From: Octopus vulgaris
Lineage: Eukaryota
NCBI GenBank assembly: GCA_951406725.2
Contig: OX597820.1
Coordinates: 65,348,001-65,412,000, forward strand
Reading direction: 5' to 3'
DNA length: 64,000 nucleotides
Below, one piece after another: positions 40,999 through 54,264 of the stretch. The notes below the pieces were generated by a model, which saw nothing but the letters and a program-made list of their open reading frames with translations, made no database searches and was not told the origin of the DNA. Each line of letters begins with the position of its first letter. Position 1 is the first letter of the stretch. Position numbers and translations under genes: made by a program.

Positions 40999-42329
40999 CA
41001 TATATACGTGTGTATGTATGTATATATTTGATATATATATACATACATACGCATAACATGAATATATATGTACTTTGTGAATAAACACACACACACACAC
41101 ACAATCTCTCTCTCTCTCTCTCTCTCTCGCTATTTGCTTTCTCTACCATTTTCTCTTCCTCTAACCATATTTTGCCTGTATCTGTCTCCCTTTATCGCTG
41201 TTTCTCTACCACCCTCAACAACTATTCTCTCTCAATTTTTGTAAATCCTTCCACTAGTCATCCTCTCCTTTCGGTCTCTTGAGACATGATTTCCATGTAC
41301 TAAAATTCTTCATGTCTTTATTTCTTATTTCATTCAACCAGACGATGAAACAACATATAAAATGCCTCAATGCATTTAGTTATATTCCATATTTACAGAG
41401 TTCAAATCCTGCTGGATTTGATACGTTTATTTATTCAAAGTTTTACGTTTCATCCTTATAGAAGCATCAGTATTGTACTTCATTCCTTTCAGCTGACTGT
41501 AAATTCTCTACTACAAAATATATGGTTTCGTGTTGGGAGTCAGAAATCATTATTTTATAATAGTGGTTCTAAACATTTTTGAAAGGGGACATTGAGCTGC
41601 AAACCATTTGAAGCTTAGAGCTCCCTTTTGCCAAACAGCGATTGAAAAACGCCCCTTTCATATATTTAGGCAAGTAAAGCAGAATAAATTTAAGCCTCCA
41701 ACAACAACAACAACAGCAGTGCACAGTAGTAACTGCAGCAGCGGTGTAAAGAACGGCAGCAATAGCAAGCAACGGCAGTAACAGCAGCACACAGAACAGC
41801 AGCTGTAGCTGTGACAACAACGGCCTCAGTACCACTACCAGCAAAGACCAGAAAGCTCTACAACAGCAACGACTCTAACAATAATAGAACCAAAACCTAC
41901 CCCACCCTAAAATCTCCAGTAAAACTCTTTCTCTCATACTCTCCCTCTCCCCCAAATCTTCATGCATAAACACACACATGGTCTCACATGAAACATAACT
42001 CTAATCCAATCTGCATCAGATCTTTCCGACGTGAAAGACAACCAAGGAGAGACAACCAAGAAAATAATTTTAAAAAAACAAACAATAATTTCCTTTTTCT
42101 GAAACAACGCTACACAAAAACGAATCACATAATCACTACAGCGTCATCGAAACCACATTTACACCAAACAAATACATCCATTACTATCCTTGCCAACGAC
42201 CACTTCAACAAAAAGAAAGCAAACTCATGCAGCAGTAGCGCCAGTAACTAAAACGGAAACCCAACAACATCAACGAAACACACCCACCCTAAAATTTGTG
42301 TTGATAGGGAGCTCGAATTAAATAAAGAT

Positions 42330-43055
42330 GACTCTTATAGCACAAAAGAAAGATGTTGAAACAAAGGACATACAAAATAATGAGGGATAATTTCTCCTAT
42401 GATATGGGAAACCTGGGGGCAAGAGCCAGCAGTAGACTCAGAGGGAACATTCCAAAAGGAACATTCCGAAATTTTATAGTGATCACTTCTCCCGGTTTCC
42501 GGGTTCAACAAATAACTCCTTTCGTTTCGCCTTTCTTCTTTTGTACCCACATGGTAGCTCTGAAAGTGGAATGTACAAGTGCAAATGGCTTAAGGTTGCC
42601 ATGGAAGCAAGGTAACCCGTAGTTAGTTTTGAATGTGACAGGCATCAGCGAGACTAAAATTTTCGACAAATGCGCCTTAATACCCATTCTTGAAGACTCT
42701 AAGATCTTCGCATTTCCTACACGGTCAGGAACTAATGGTTGGGAGTCGGTGCTCTTTCGAAAACTCTCTTTATGGACCTGGACCACAAATAGGTGGTCTT
42801 GGACGAGGAAAGAAGCAATTGTGAGACCTTTAGATTAGTGGCCATGCACGCTCTATTGTTGGAGGGGACCAGTTTTATTCAGGCGTCTAGATATTTTCGT
42901 GAGAACGTCTCGGTCTTTAGTGCATCTTGGATGCATGTTTGGACTGTTTTGGGCCAGCGTACAGTAGAGGGATTGCAAAAGACTTGCAAGCCAACATTGA
43001 CGTTTCCAACTGACTGATAGTAACCGTTTGAGTTTTCCTAATTCGCCAGTGTAAG
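42330..43055 (+). mobile_element. Decayed L1/Tx1-type LINE: ORF2 APE endonuclease N-terminus (from 42551)
   Basis: MVALKVEC..ANGLR.PWKQG, GISETK, VLFRK, FRLVA, FRRLDIF, ILDACLDC, FQLTD...P.SPV colinear with APE motifs, broken by stops and frameshifts. Confidence 0.65.
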
Positions 43056-43588
43056 TATTAGCAAACTACATCGCTACGTCCTTCACCTCTTATTTAATCT
43101 CAAAGGTCCAGATGACTGAAGAGGTACAACATAATGAAATAACGATCTCCAAGAATCCATTACAGGTTGTTGTAAAAATGAAACTCCTTACGAATTAAAT
43201 GTGAATCTGAGTCTATAGCTTTATTAGTTCTATCATTACCTATCACCGATTCATTCTTCGTTGATCCGGAATAACACAGTACATTCATTGTGAACCTTGT
43301 TACGCTTATCATGAATTGATATGTGATTACACGATCGGCGATCAGCCAAAGATTATGACTGGGCCGCAGATATGCACGCCACCAACTAACCACATTACTC
43401 AGGTTCCTGAACGAAACCTATTTTTCCAATGTGTTATAGTTTTCATTTATCACTGGTTCGTTTAATATTGTTTTGTTTAGGAATCAATCACCCGTAATAA
43501 AGTAGGATAAATACATTATTTGATTCAGCAATCAACGGAGGTTGAAGCAGGTAGATGGAGGAAAACATAGAAATCAAAGCGAATTTAA

Positions 43589-43819
43589 GGCGGCGAGATG
43601 GCAGAAACGTTAGCATGCCAGACGAAATGCTTTGCGGTATTTCGTCTGCCGTTACGTTCTGAGTTCAAATTCCGCCGAGGTCGACTTGCCTTTCATCCTT
43701 TCGGGGTCGATAAATTAAGTACCAGTCACGCACTGGGGGTCGATGTAATCGACTTAATCCCTTTGTCTGTCCTTATTTGTCTCCTCTATGTTTAGCCTCT
43801 TGTAGGCAATAAAGAAATA
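43589..43819 (+). mobile_element. SINE family B, young full-length copy with 15-bp target-site duplication
   Basis: TSD AGAAATCAAAGCGAA at 43569-43583 and 43820-43834; A box TGGCAGAAACGTTAGC and B box GAGTTCAAATTCC. Confidence 0.93.
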
Positions 43820-44517
43820 AGAAATCAAAGCGAAGAAAAAAAGAAAAAAGCATACGTTAAGTGTAAATATATAGTTAAGCCCTAGGTGAAATAAAGATTA
43901 AACAAACAAGAAGTTTGGTACAAAGTATGTAGCTAATTAAGTGATCAGTTTCTCAGTCTTTCCCAGCCTCTGTCTGTCTCCCATTAGATACATACATACA
44001 CACTCATGAGACAGTTTGGGCCCGCTTAGAAATAAGGCTCTCATCTCGGTACATTACGCCCAATTCGCTTGTATATGAAATATGTTGTAACCGACTGTTA
44101 TGTATTGAATTTATGACGCACTCTCTTTTCTACAGAGAACGAGAAAGCAGAGACATATTTGACGTAGAAGATAACCAACAGAGTAAATATTGATGTATCA
44201 TATTTGCACTAGACTTTAACTTTCGTCGTTTCTGGTATTTCATTTCACATTCTGTTTCATATTTGACTATGCCCAAATCGAACCTAGTTCATCTTTTAGG
44301 TTTTGTGAATTTTTAATGAAAAATTCTTCGTGAAGGAGAGTCAAGATGTAGTTTAAGAAGCCCGGGTCTACCTTCTTTTTATACTTACGTGCTTATATAT
44401 ATATATGGGTATGCATGTACACATATATGGGTATATATAACTACTTATGTGTGTGTGTGTTCATGTAAGTATGTGTTTGTGTGTTTTATATATTTTTATT
44501 TTATGTTTTTCATTTAT

Positions 44518-44690
44518 TTGTTTGAGCCATTGCGCTACAGCCATACTGGGGCACCACCTTTGCTGGATTTTAGTTGAAAAAATTGAGACAAGTACTTAAC
44601 TTTCTTTTAGCGGAACGCCATGTTACAATGATGTATATAAACCAATACTGGTTGTCAAGCGATGGTAAGAACAGACGCAATCATAAGGAA

Positions 44691-44744
<54 letters not shown>

Positions 44745-44793
44745 TACATATATTTATATACACGAGGAAATATCTCAGTTTTCGTCTACCAAA
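44518..44793 (-). mobile_element. Diverged SINE family A, missing its head
   Basis: CAGCCATACTGGGGCACCACC, GGTTGTCAAGCGATGG, TCAGTTTTCGTCTACCAAAT. Confidence 0.65.
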
Positions 44794-45243
44794 TTAAGTA
44801 CCTTACACACTGGGCTAGACGGAATCGACTTCATCCCTTTGTCTGTCCCTGTTTGTCCCCTATGTGTTTAGCCCCTTGTGGGTAGTAAAGAAATAGATAT
44901 TTCCTCTGTCGCTACGTTCTGAGTTCAAATTCCGCCGAGGTCGACTTTGCTTTCATCCTTTCGGGGTCGATTAAATAAGTACCAGTTACGCACTGGGGTC
45001 GATATAATCGACTTAATCCGTTTGTCTGTACTTGTTTGTCCCCTCTGTGTTTAGCCCCTTGTGGGTAGTAAAGAAATAGGTATTTCGTCTGCCTTTACGA
45101 TCTGAGTTCAAATTCCGCAGACGTCGCTTGGTTTTCACCCTCTCGGGGTCGATAACTTAAGTACCAATTGCGTACTGAGTCGATCTAATCTTCTGGATCC
45201 TTCCCCCAAAATTTCGAACCTTTGCCTAATGTAGAAAAGATTA
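44794..45243 (+). mobile_element. Head-to-tail array of headless SINE family B units (~180 bp)
   Basis: Units restart at (G/A)TATTTC.TCTG directly after tail ...GTAAAGAAATAG, twice. Confidence 0.85.
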
Positions 45244-45460
45244 TTGTGGAAATTATAATATCGTAAAAGATAGTTAACAAAGATTTTGATATGAAGTATG
45301 TAGCTCATTAAGGGTTCAGTTTTTCAGTCGTTCCAACCCTCTGTCTATCTCCCATTAGACACATACACACACTTTATACATATAGTTACACATACACATA
45401 TATGCATATACTCACACACACACATATAAGCGCGTTTGCTTGTATGTGTGTGTATATATG

Positions 45461-45536
<76 letters not shown>

Positions 45537-46090
45537 ATTTGATAACTTTCATAGCTTTCGGCCAGTATTGGTCAAGGCCATGTTTAACTTAACATCACCA
45601 TCTGGAGAAGTCTTTTAGTAATATATGGGTACCATGGCTCACTCTGGCTCACTCTAGCAAAGAGTTATTATTGTTGGAGACATATCCGTGTGTAGGAGGT
45701 TGATCCGGGATTTTTTGAAGAAATTTTCCATTGAACATGTGAATTTTATGGGATCTGTTTCCGTTTTGACGTATTTTAGTGTATGCTAAAGAGAGCTGGG
45801 CCGGTTAGGTAAAATAATTCTGACGTAATGTTGTTATGTGTCCTGATTTCGATTTTTGTAGTGAGTGGATAGGACAGAGGCCAAGTCTTGCGTGGATTTT
45901 AAAATTTGTGCAATATTGGTGGAATATTTTCCACATCACACAGCGCCCCTGGTGACGTTGGAGAGAGTAGAGATTAGATTTTTTTTAGTCGGCCTCCACA
46001 TTCAATGTCTCTCATGCCGTCTATCTTCCACTTTCGTAATAATTGCTTCGTGCGGGAAGACCACAGTGGGCAACACACACACACACACGC

Positions 46091-46135
<45 letters not shown>

Positions 46136-46164
46136 AATATATATATATATATATAGATAGATAT

Positions 46165-46203
<39 letters not shown>

Positions 46204-46528
46204 TACACATATACATATATAAATATAAATTTATATAAATACGGATAGCATCGTTATTTAAAATACCGATCATATCAAGTGGCTAGCATGGGAATAAAAA
46301 CTTCATAGGTAATAATTATTATTAAAATTATAATTAAGGGTATCTAAAAGATACCATCATGCTAGGGATAGCAGTCAACACTTGACTCTAAAACAACATC
46401 AAATATTCATACAGCACTAGGAGAGAAGACAAAGAGACAAAATAATCTAGATATAGAATTATTAGATATAGAATTATGTATGTATGTGTATACATATATA
46501 TATGTATATGTATGTATGTATATGTTTG

Positions 46529-46644
<116 letters not shown>

Positions 46645-49035
46645 AATACGCACACATTTACACTTGTCAGCGCGCGCGCACACACACTCACTCACACTCA
46701 CACACAAGCACAAAGCTTCTTTAAATTCACACTCTAGATTCTTAAGATAATGACTGACACTTTGAAAATGTAACTAAAGACAGAGAAGGCATAGAATAAA
46801 GGTGAGAAGTTCATCAATGGATTGTCCTTGATCATGGGACTGGAAGATAAGAACTGTCGTTAAGCAAACAAAACAAAAGAAAAAGAAAGAAAAAATACAC
46901 ACATATGCTAACAAGCGATTCGTTTCAGATCACTTCTATAAAATAACAGGAGGTTTAATGAAATATTTCTTGAAATACTTAGCAATACAATAAACCACCA
47001 CTTCCCGTATCCTACGACAGTTTAACGATTATTTACGAACAAGGCCATTTCATCCCCGACATTAGTTCTTCGTATTTAGTTACTAACAAACTTGATGTCA
47101 TCTGTAAGACTTTTATAAGGTACAAAACATCAGCATTTATTCAGACTGCAATGAAAATCGACACCACAGAGGATTTTTGGTCCTTCAAAGAAATTAATGG
47201 GAAAATAATGGAAGAGAAAACGACCACTACAACGACAATAATAGCTATAACTATAATAACAACAACGATTATTTCACAAATGAGCAGCCAAAAATTCCAA
47301 GCCGTCGTTTCGAACTTGCTACAAGTACAGCTTTTGTTTTGTATGGGCAAAAACGCCTAAACTAATGGGAGTTAATTTCATTCTATCTAGAAATTTCTAC
47401 AACGACACAATAGGCAGTTTCTTCATATAAATTTTACTGCCACTCTCCGTTTAAATACGACGCACTCAGTATCAGGTGTTGCCAGGGATGTCTGCTTTAT
47501 ATCATGTTTATGTGACAGCGCGGTCGTGGCATCAATGAAAACTTGGCTTTTAACACAATTTCTGAACGGTTAATAGACTTTGGGAGCCATTTTGTTTCTT
47601 ATATTCTTTTGTTTGGTCGTGAGATTTTTTTTTTTTTGTTATATATTTATTTTACTTTATTTTTATTGTCTTGGCTTGTTTCTCTTGCCGAGAGATTGTA
47701 ACTTTGTCTTGTCCACCATGATTGAATCGTAAACGACGTCATTTCCGGCTAGTATCAATGGTTCTCATATAACAGTTACTGTTATAGTTAGAATGAATAA
47801 CACTAAGAAAAAGAAAGAGAAAGAGAGGGGAAGAAAGAGAGGAAGAAAGAGGGAGAAATAACGATGGAGAGATATATAAAGGAAGAGAGAGGGGGTATAT
47901 AGAGAAAGTACGAGAAGGAAAGAGAGAGAGAGATGAATCGGAAAAGTAATGGTTTTGATTTAGTGTGCGGGTCAGCTATTGCAATGATGAGTACATTATA
48001 GACATCAATTGAAATGTTAACGACAGCCGAGTGTGAACTTTCTCTGTCGTCTGTAAGCAACTACTATCACCACCACCACAACCACTATTTTCATAACAAC
48101 CACTAACACGATCTTTGATTCAGCAATCAACGGAGATTGAAGCAGGTAGCTGCAGGAAAACATAGAAATCAAAGCGAAGGACAAGAAGTAAAAAAAAAAA
48201 ACATATGTAAAGTGTAAATATATAGTATTGTTAAGAAATTACTGACAAATTCAAGGAGAAGGTGGAAAGCATATTCTCTGAACAAGCAAAAGTTACAAAT
48301 GTTTTTGCCCGACCAAAATAAAATTTTAGTCAACGAGGGTATCGCTTCGTTATAACCCAGTGTGCAAGAAATTGCAGTCAAATCCCCCTCAAACAGATTT
48401 CTCGGTCTAGAAGGGTCACAATGAAAATTGTAGTCCTAGAAAGATGTGTCTGAAACGAAGATTTGATGATTACAGTTGGAATGTTTTTGATCATAGGTCT
48501 GAACTCGAGTTAAAAACAATAGCAACAACTAATTTGATATAACTTCAATCAAATGACACAGTATAAATTGAAATATGTTTGCGGCTGGAATGAAATGCCT
48601 TTGATCATAGGTTTGTTTGATCAAAATTTCACCTAGGGCTAAACAATCGCCACCACTACCACAACAACAACGTCATATAAAGTTAGAACAAAAAATGCAT
48701 TATATAAATACATTGAAGTTGAATTTTATAAGTAAAATTCATCGGTGCGGTTTGAGTAATAAATCTCATTCCACAAAGAGAATGAAAGAATGCACAGACA
48801 CACACTCACGACAGATACATGCACACATACGAACACACACACAAACGCGCGCGCGCGCATACACGTGCGCATACACACAGAGTAAGAGAGAGAGAGAGAG
48901 AGGCGGGTATGTATTTACAACACAACCGATTCCTCGATTTCTAAAGTTCTCCGTTTTAGTTTACCCAACTGTTCAAACCATTAAAAATATCAATATACAT
49001 ACATACATAAATACATACACACACGCGCGCTCGCG

Positions 49036-49090
<55 letters not shown>

Positions 49091-49094
49091 TTAT

Positions 49095-51152
49095 GATTGG
49101 ACTCTCCCGTCGATTTCGGCGTATGAGGCTATGACAGGGTTCTCTTTCTTCGTCAGTCATAATGTTTATGCTGAATGTGACATTTAAGTCCCGCCAACGA
49201 TTTGCAAAGAAGGCCACAAATGTTGCAAGTTTGAGTGTAGGTGGGGTTTTTTCAGCCGATTTTCTCCTTTGCCTTGCACCCCGAAGCTTTTTAATGTTGG
49301 TTGCACCAAGGATTTTAATACCGTTTTGACACAACGATTTCCATTTTGTTCGTACGAAGGCTATTCGCTCAAAGGTGCTGTGAGCTATCTGCATCTCTAA
49401 GAGGTTACTCTCCAACTTTTCCTTATACCTGAGTCATGGTCGACTAACATTCTTGTGTCCACTCTCAAGCTGGCTGTACATGAGGACTGTGTATTCTTTC
49501 GTCACTCATTCTGATGACATGACCAGCCCAGCGCAGTTGTGGTTGTATAAGGAAGCTGGCAATTCCACCAGTCTCATACTTGCTAAAAAAGTCGGCTTTG
49601 CAAACTTTTCTTTTAGTGAATAACCGCAGATTGTCCTCAGACAGTCTTTGTGGAAGATGTCTAGTTGGTTTATGTGTCCTCTATAGGGTATCCACGATTC
49701 TGAGCCATACAAGAGAGTAGTAAGAATGGTTGCCTTATAGACTGGTACTTTGGTGCCATGTTTGATGCCCCTTTCATTCCATAGGCGATGACGGAGTTTG
49801 CCAAATGCGTTGGTTGTCTCTGAAAGACGGTTGACGATTTCATCAAGGGAAGTGCTCAAATTCACTTTACGACCAATATATGTAAATGACTTCACATAAT
49901 TTACGCATTCCCCATCAACCTGTATAGAAGCGTCAGGAAAATTGTGAACCGGCGGCCTCTGCTTGACACCTCGAATTTGTTTAGGAGTAGAGCAAAGTTG
50001 GTGGATTACTTCTGTCTTCTTTATGCTGATGGTCAAATCAAAATATTTACATGCAGTAGAAAACCGGTCTAAAAGTTCCTGAGCTTCCTCTAAAAAGGTC
50101 GCAACTAGTGTAGGGTCATCTGCAAAAAGTAGATCACGAATGGTACTGGTGCGTAGCATTGTTCTGGCTTCGAAACCCTGATGATTGAATAGTCTACCAC
50201 TTGTTCGAAACTGGAATTTGACACCACTTTGTATGTCGCCAAAAGCATACCTCAGCATCACTGAAAAGAAGAGTGCAAACAGAACAGGAACCATAACACA
50301 ACCTTGTTTTGTACCGTTTATAACGTCAAAGGAAGCTTCCCTACCAGATACGACATCAGCCTTCATTTCCACATGTAAGGAAATTATAACATTCAACATC
50401 TTGTCAGGTATACCAAGCTTTTTCAGAACTCTTTATAGTGCTTGCCAGTTAACAGCGTCGAAGGCCTTAGTAAGGTCAAAGAATATCAAGAACAACTCTT
50501 GATTTTTCTCATGTACCTTCTCCATAATCTGTCGGATGGAAAAGATCATGTCGATAGTGCCAATACCAGAGCGAAAGCCAGACTGTGGTTCTGGATAAAT
50601 ATCATTTACAACATGTTTGAGGATCCTGTCAAGAATGAGTTGAGTAAGAATGTTACCAGTGATAGACAGAAGCGATATTTCACGATGATTATCACAGACA
50701 CTTATGTTTCCTTTAGATGTTGAATTGAGGCATGCTTGAAGTCCTGTGGTACACAGCCTACCTTCCAGATGTTTATGGAAAGGTCATGCAATTTCTTAAA
50801 AAGCTTACGTCCACTATGATAGTAAATTTCAAGAGGGATAGCATCCCTGACAGGTGCTTTACCAGAAGAGATCTGTTTAATAGAGTTTACCACTTCCAGA
50901 AAGGTTAGCGCCAGAGACTGTTCCGGTATTACAGCGTGGTGTGACAGACATTACCACGTCGTCCTTCGTGACACAGGTGAAGTTCAACACAGCTTCAAAG
51001 TGATCTTTCCATCGTTTCAGGATGTCAAATTTATCAGTCAGGAGTGTCTCTCTATTCGATGAGAAAATAGGAGTAACACCGTGCATTTGAGGACCATACA
51101 CTTTCTTGAGGCCATCATAAAAAGTTTTAGAATCCTTCTTATCTGCAGCTTG

Positions 51153-51201
<49 letters not shown>

Positions 51202-51285
51202 ACATACATACACACACACACAATATAGATAGCCTTTTGCAGTGCAGCTTGCTTCTACTAAATTTCACCCATGCGACATTGGTCT
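49095..51285 (-). mobile_element. RTE-clade LINE, 5'-truncated reverse-transcriptase ORF (pseudogenised)
   Basis: ORF 49506-50399 GTKQGCVM.PVLF, DLLFADD, LTISIKKTEV, LYGSESW; upstream ISLLS.TG, QSGFR, FDLTKAFD; C-terminal CNICGLLCKSLAGLKCHIQHKH. Confidence 0.93.
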
Positions 51286-52039
51286 AAAACTGAAACGTAA
51301 AAGACGCCCAGGAAAAGAAAGTGAGATCGAACCAGTGACTAAGTGGTTGCAATACAGCCTTCTTGCATTTGCAATAAATTATGGATTACACGAGTACCAT
51401 AATGGTGGTAACTTCGTTTATCTTAGCTAACTGTACTGAGAAAGTAAACAGAATATATTATGAAATATATAAAACTAAATTCATTTTTCAATAGAAATAT
51501 TTACATAAAATAATAGGATTTGATGTGAATGATGTTGAAGAAAATAAAATGTGTTCGGTTCAATTTTGGCTTTTAAAGCAACGATTTTATCAACTGCAAA
51601 GAAAAATCATAACACAAGAATTCTGATCAGGCAGAGACCTCACAGTTACTATATAATTTAATTTTTTGTATTACTAAGGTTTTCGAGAAAGTTTTCCTTG
51701 CAAAGAAATTTCCTTGGATGTACTTAATTTCTATATGCAGCTTCTAACTATTTACAGTTCTATTTCTACTAAGGACCACGTAGAGAGGAGACGGGAGACG
51801 GCAATCATAAGTCCAACAGGAGAGAATCCTTGATCCTGCAATTTGCTTTTGGTTATGTACATGATTGTTCAAAGTAAAAAGAAAGGAGGACTGGTATTAT
51901 GAAGTACCAAATTTATTCCTGGACTGAATATGTCTACTCGTTTCTTGCTATCGGTCCCTCAGCAAAACTCATGTTTCAATAAGTAATGCTTTTCTCGAAT
52001 CAAGGTGATGTAATATCATAACAGTAATGATTTTTGATT

Positions 52040-52215
52040 TAGGCAAAAAGGCCAGTAAATTTGATAGGAAAGGATTAGTCGACCACATCGACCCTGGTAG
52101 TTGATGGGTGGTGTATTTTATCGGCCTCGAAATGATGAAAAGCAAAGTCGACCTCAGCAGGATTTGAACTCAGAATGTAAAGCGTTGGAACCAATACCAC
52201 AAGAAATCTTCTGAC
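52040..52215 (-). mobile_element. SINE family B inserted in Helitron relic
   Basis: AGTCGACCACATCGACCC..TTTTATCGGCC..GCAAAGTCGACCTCAGCAGGATTTGAACTCAGAATG. Confidence 0.75.
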
Positions 52216-52727
52216 AAATTTTTTCTGGCCAGCATCGTAAAAGTAGTAAAATGCTTTATCTTTAAGAAATGCTTTAGCATTCATGTCTGCCGCTGACGCA
52301 ATGTATGGAAACATTCCCGAAACATTGTATTTAAAAGCATAACTGGGTGATCCGTTGTTATGTCTTCGTCAATGTTAATCATACTATTATTATTTCTGCA
52401 TCCTGTGATGTTTCCAAGACATAAATTACGAATCTCACTGTTCAATTCAGTTTCAAAGGCACCTACATTCTTAGGAGTATCTTTCATGATAAATTTTCTA
52501 TTGATTCCTCCTATTCTATTGAAACTCCATAAATATCCTTCATAATACTTTCGTCGCTTGATGTTAATTCAACGGTATCTCTGTTAGAGCTTCTTAATTT
52601 CTTTCTTTCTTTATCGCGAGCATGAGGATTCATAAGGTCGCTTACCCAGTTTACATAACCTATAAATGACTGAGATCACATCTCTCAGAACGTGGCACCG
52701 GACCCATGGAGAACTGAAAACCAGCAA

Positions 52728-52885
52728 ATCGATTACACCGATCCCAATACTTATTTGGTAGTTTATCGTATCGACCCCGAAGAGATGATAAGCATAGTTT
52801 ACTTCGAAATTTGAACTTGGACGGTAAAGAACCAGAAGAAACGTATTTTGACAGATATGCTGACGATTCTGCTATCTCGTTGCCT
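52728..52885 (-). mobile_element. SINE family B inserted in Helitron relic
   Basis: TATCGACCCCGAAGAGATGA..ATTTGAACTT..GCTGACGATTCTGCTATCTCGTTGCC. Confidence 0.7.
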
Positions 52886-53666
52886 TAGAGCTTCCAATAG
52901 ACCAGATTTATTTGTCTGTACAATGTTTCCAGCGCCAAGAAGCCATTTATTAAAGTCTTCATATGTTGACCTTCATGTTTTCAGATACGTTTAGAAATTT
53001 TACATTAGGTCGAAGCTGAGATTGTTTAACACAGTTTTCAGTAACAGCAGCATTTAAACCTTTCCATATCATGAAAGTAGTTTGGCGAAAACCTCCTCTA
53101 AAGAGAATAATTTTATCACCGACGAGTCTATAACCTTACATGATTTCCTTCTAGAGTACGACAATGACTCGTAAACAATTAACAAATCATTTCAAAGCTT
53201 CATCTATGTCGGGTAAATTGAACAACGTGTATTTTGTGGTGACTCCACAGAGGGCATTTTCATATTGGAGACAGATGTTGCTATTACAGATTCATGCAAT
53301 TGTAAACAGCTCAGCATTGTTCGACTATCAATTACCAAATCTGCTGCAGTGCTTGTTGTGACGTAAGAACGATAACATTTTCCTGCATTCTTCAGATATT
53401 CAATTAATTTGTTCAATAGATACGTTTCCCCAGAACAACCTAGACTGTTTGAAAAAGGACAATGCATTACAATATAAATAAAAGTCTTTGCTGAAATACA
53501 TGTTGAAACTGCCAAAATCTTAACAGCAATGAAAACTATGGCAAAGGTCTAATGTTTTCGTTATTGTTGTTGTTTAGCACCAGGTTAATAGTGATCAAGC
53601 AGACAATGAGCAATGGCATACTCTGTTTTAAATGGGAAGAAAGTCCTTGTTGAAATGTTTGTTATT

Positions 53667-54063
53667 GTAAGTAGCTTGCTTACCAACCACAAGGTTCTGG
53701 GTTCAGTCCTACTGCGTGGCACTTTGGGTAAGTGTCTTCTACTGTAGTCTCGGGCCGACCAAAGCCTTGTGAGTGGATTTGGTAGACGGAAACTGAAAGA
53801 AGCCCGTCGTATATATGTGTGTATATATATATATATGTATATATGTTTGTCTGTGTTTGCCCCCCCCCCTCCCGCATCGTTGACAACCGATGCTGGTGTG
53901 TTTACGTCCCCGTAACTTAGCGGTTCGGCAACAGAGACCGATAGAATAAGTACTAAGCTTCCAAAGAATATGTCCTGGGGTCGATTTGCTCGACTAAAAG
54001 GCGGTGATCCAGCATGGCCGCAGTCAAATGACTGAAACAAATAAAAGTGTAAAAGAGTAAAGA
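53667..54063 (+). mobile_element. SINE family A, slightly 5'-truncated
   Basis: GTAAGTAGCTTGCTTACCAACC...GACTGAAACAAATAAAAG. Confidence 0.9.
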
Positions 54064-54264
54064 CTATTGTATTTCAGCTAGATTTCCGAAACTCCTGATA
54101 AATATCTTATCAGATGTCTGGTGTTGTTTTCATTGCTGCTGTTATCCTTAATTTGACCTAGGTCAAAAGCCATCGAGCAGACTTAGAAGCAAAGACGTGC
54201 CATGCCTTCTCATTGTAAAGATAATTCTTTACTGAGATTACATATTACTGTGTTTCATTAAAAC

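Larger units (their letters stand above)
51665..53515 (-). pseudogene. Decayed Helitron RepHel Pif1-family helicase region, interrupted by two family B SINEs
   Basis: Colinear degenerate Pif1 motifs: GCSGETYLLNKL (Walker A), TSTAADL..SRTMLS, IDEA, GDKIILFRGGFRQ, ENMK..FNKWLLGAG, TPKN, SKLQDQGFSPVGL, LYVVLSR. Confidence 0.75.

Noticed and set aside
41690-41880. CAG/CAA-rich stretch suggesting a polyQ/S exon
   Set aside because: In-frame stops and no convincing splice sites
45550-45610. GGCC...GGCC GAAA hairpin on the minus strand resembling half a hammerhead
   Set aside because: No CUGANGA core adjacent to the stem
47141-47360. Short ORFs with Asn/Thr/Ile-rich composition
   Set aside because: Low complexity (AAC/ATA repeats), flanked by stops, no recognisable domain
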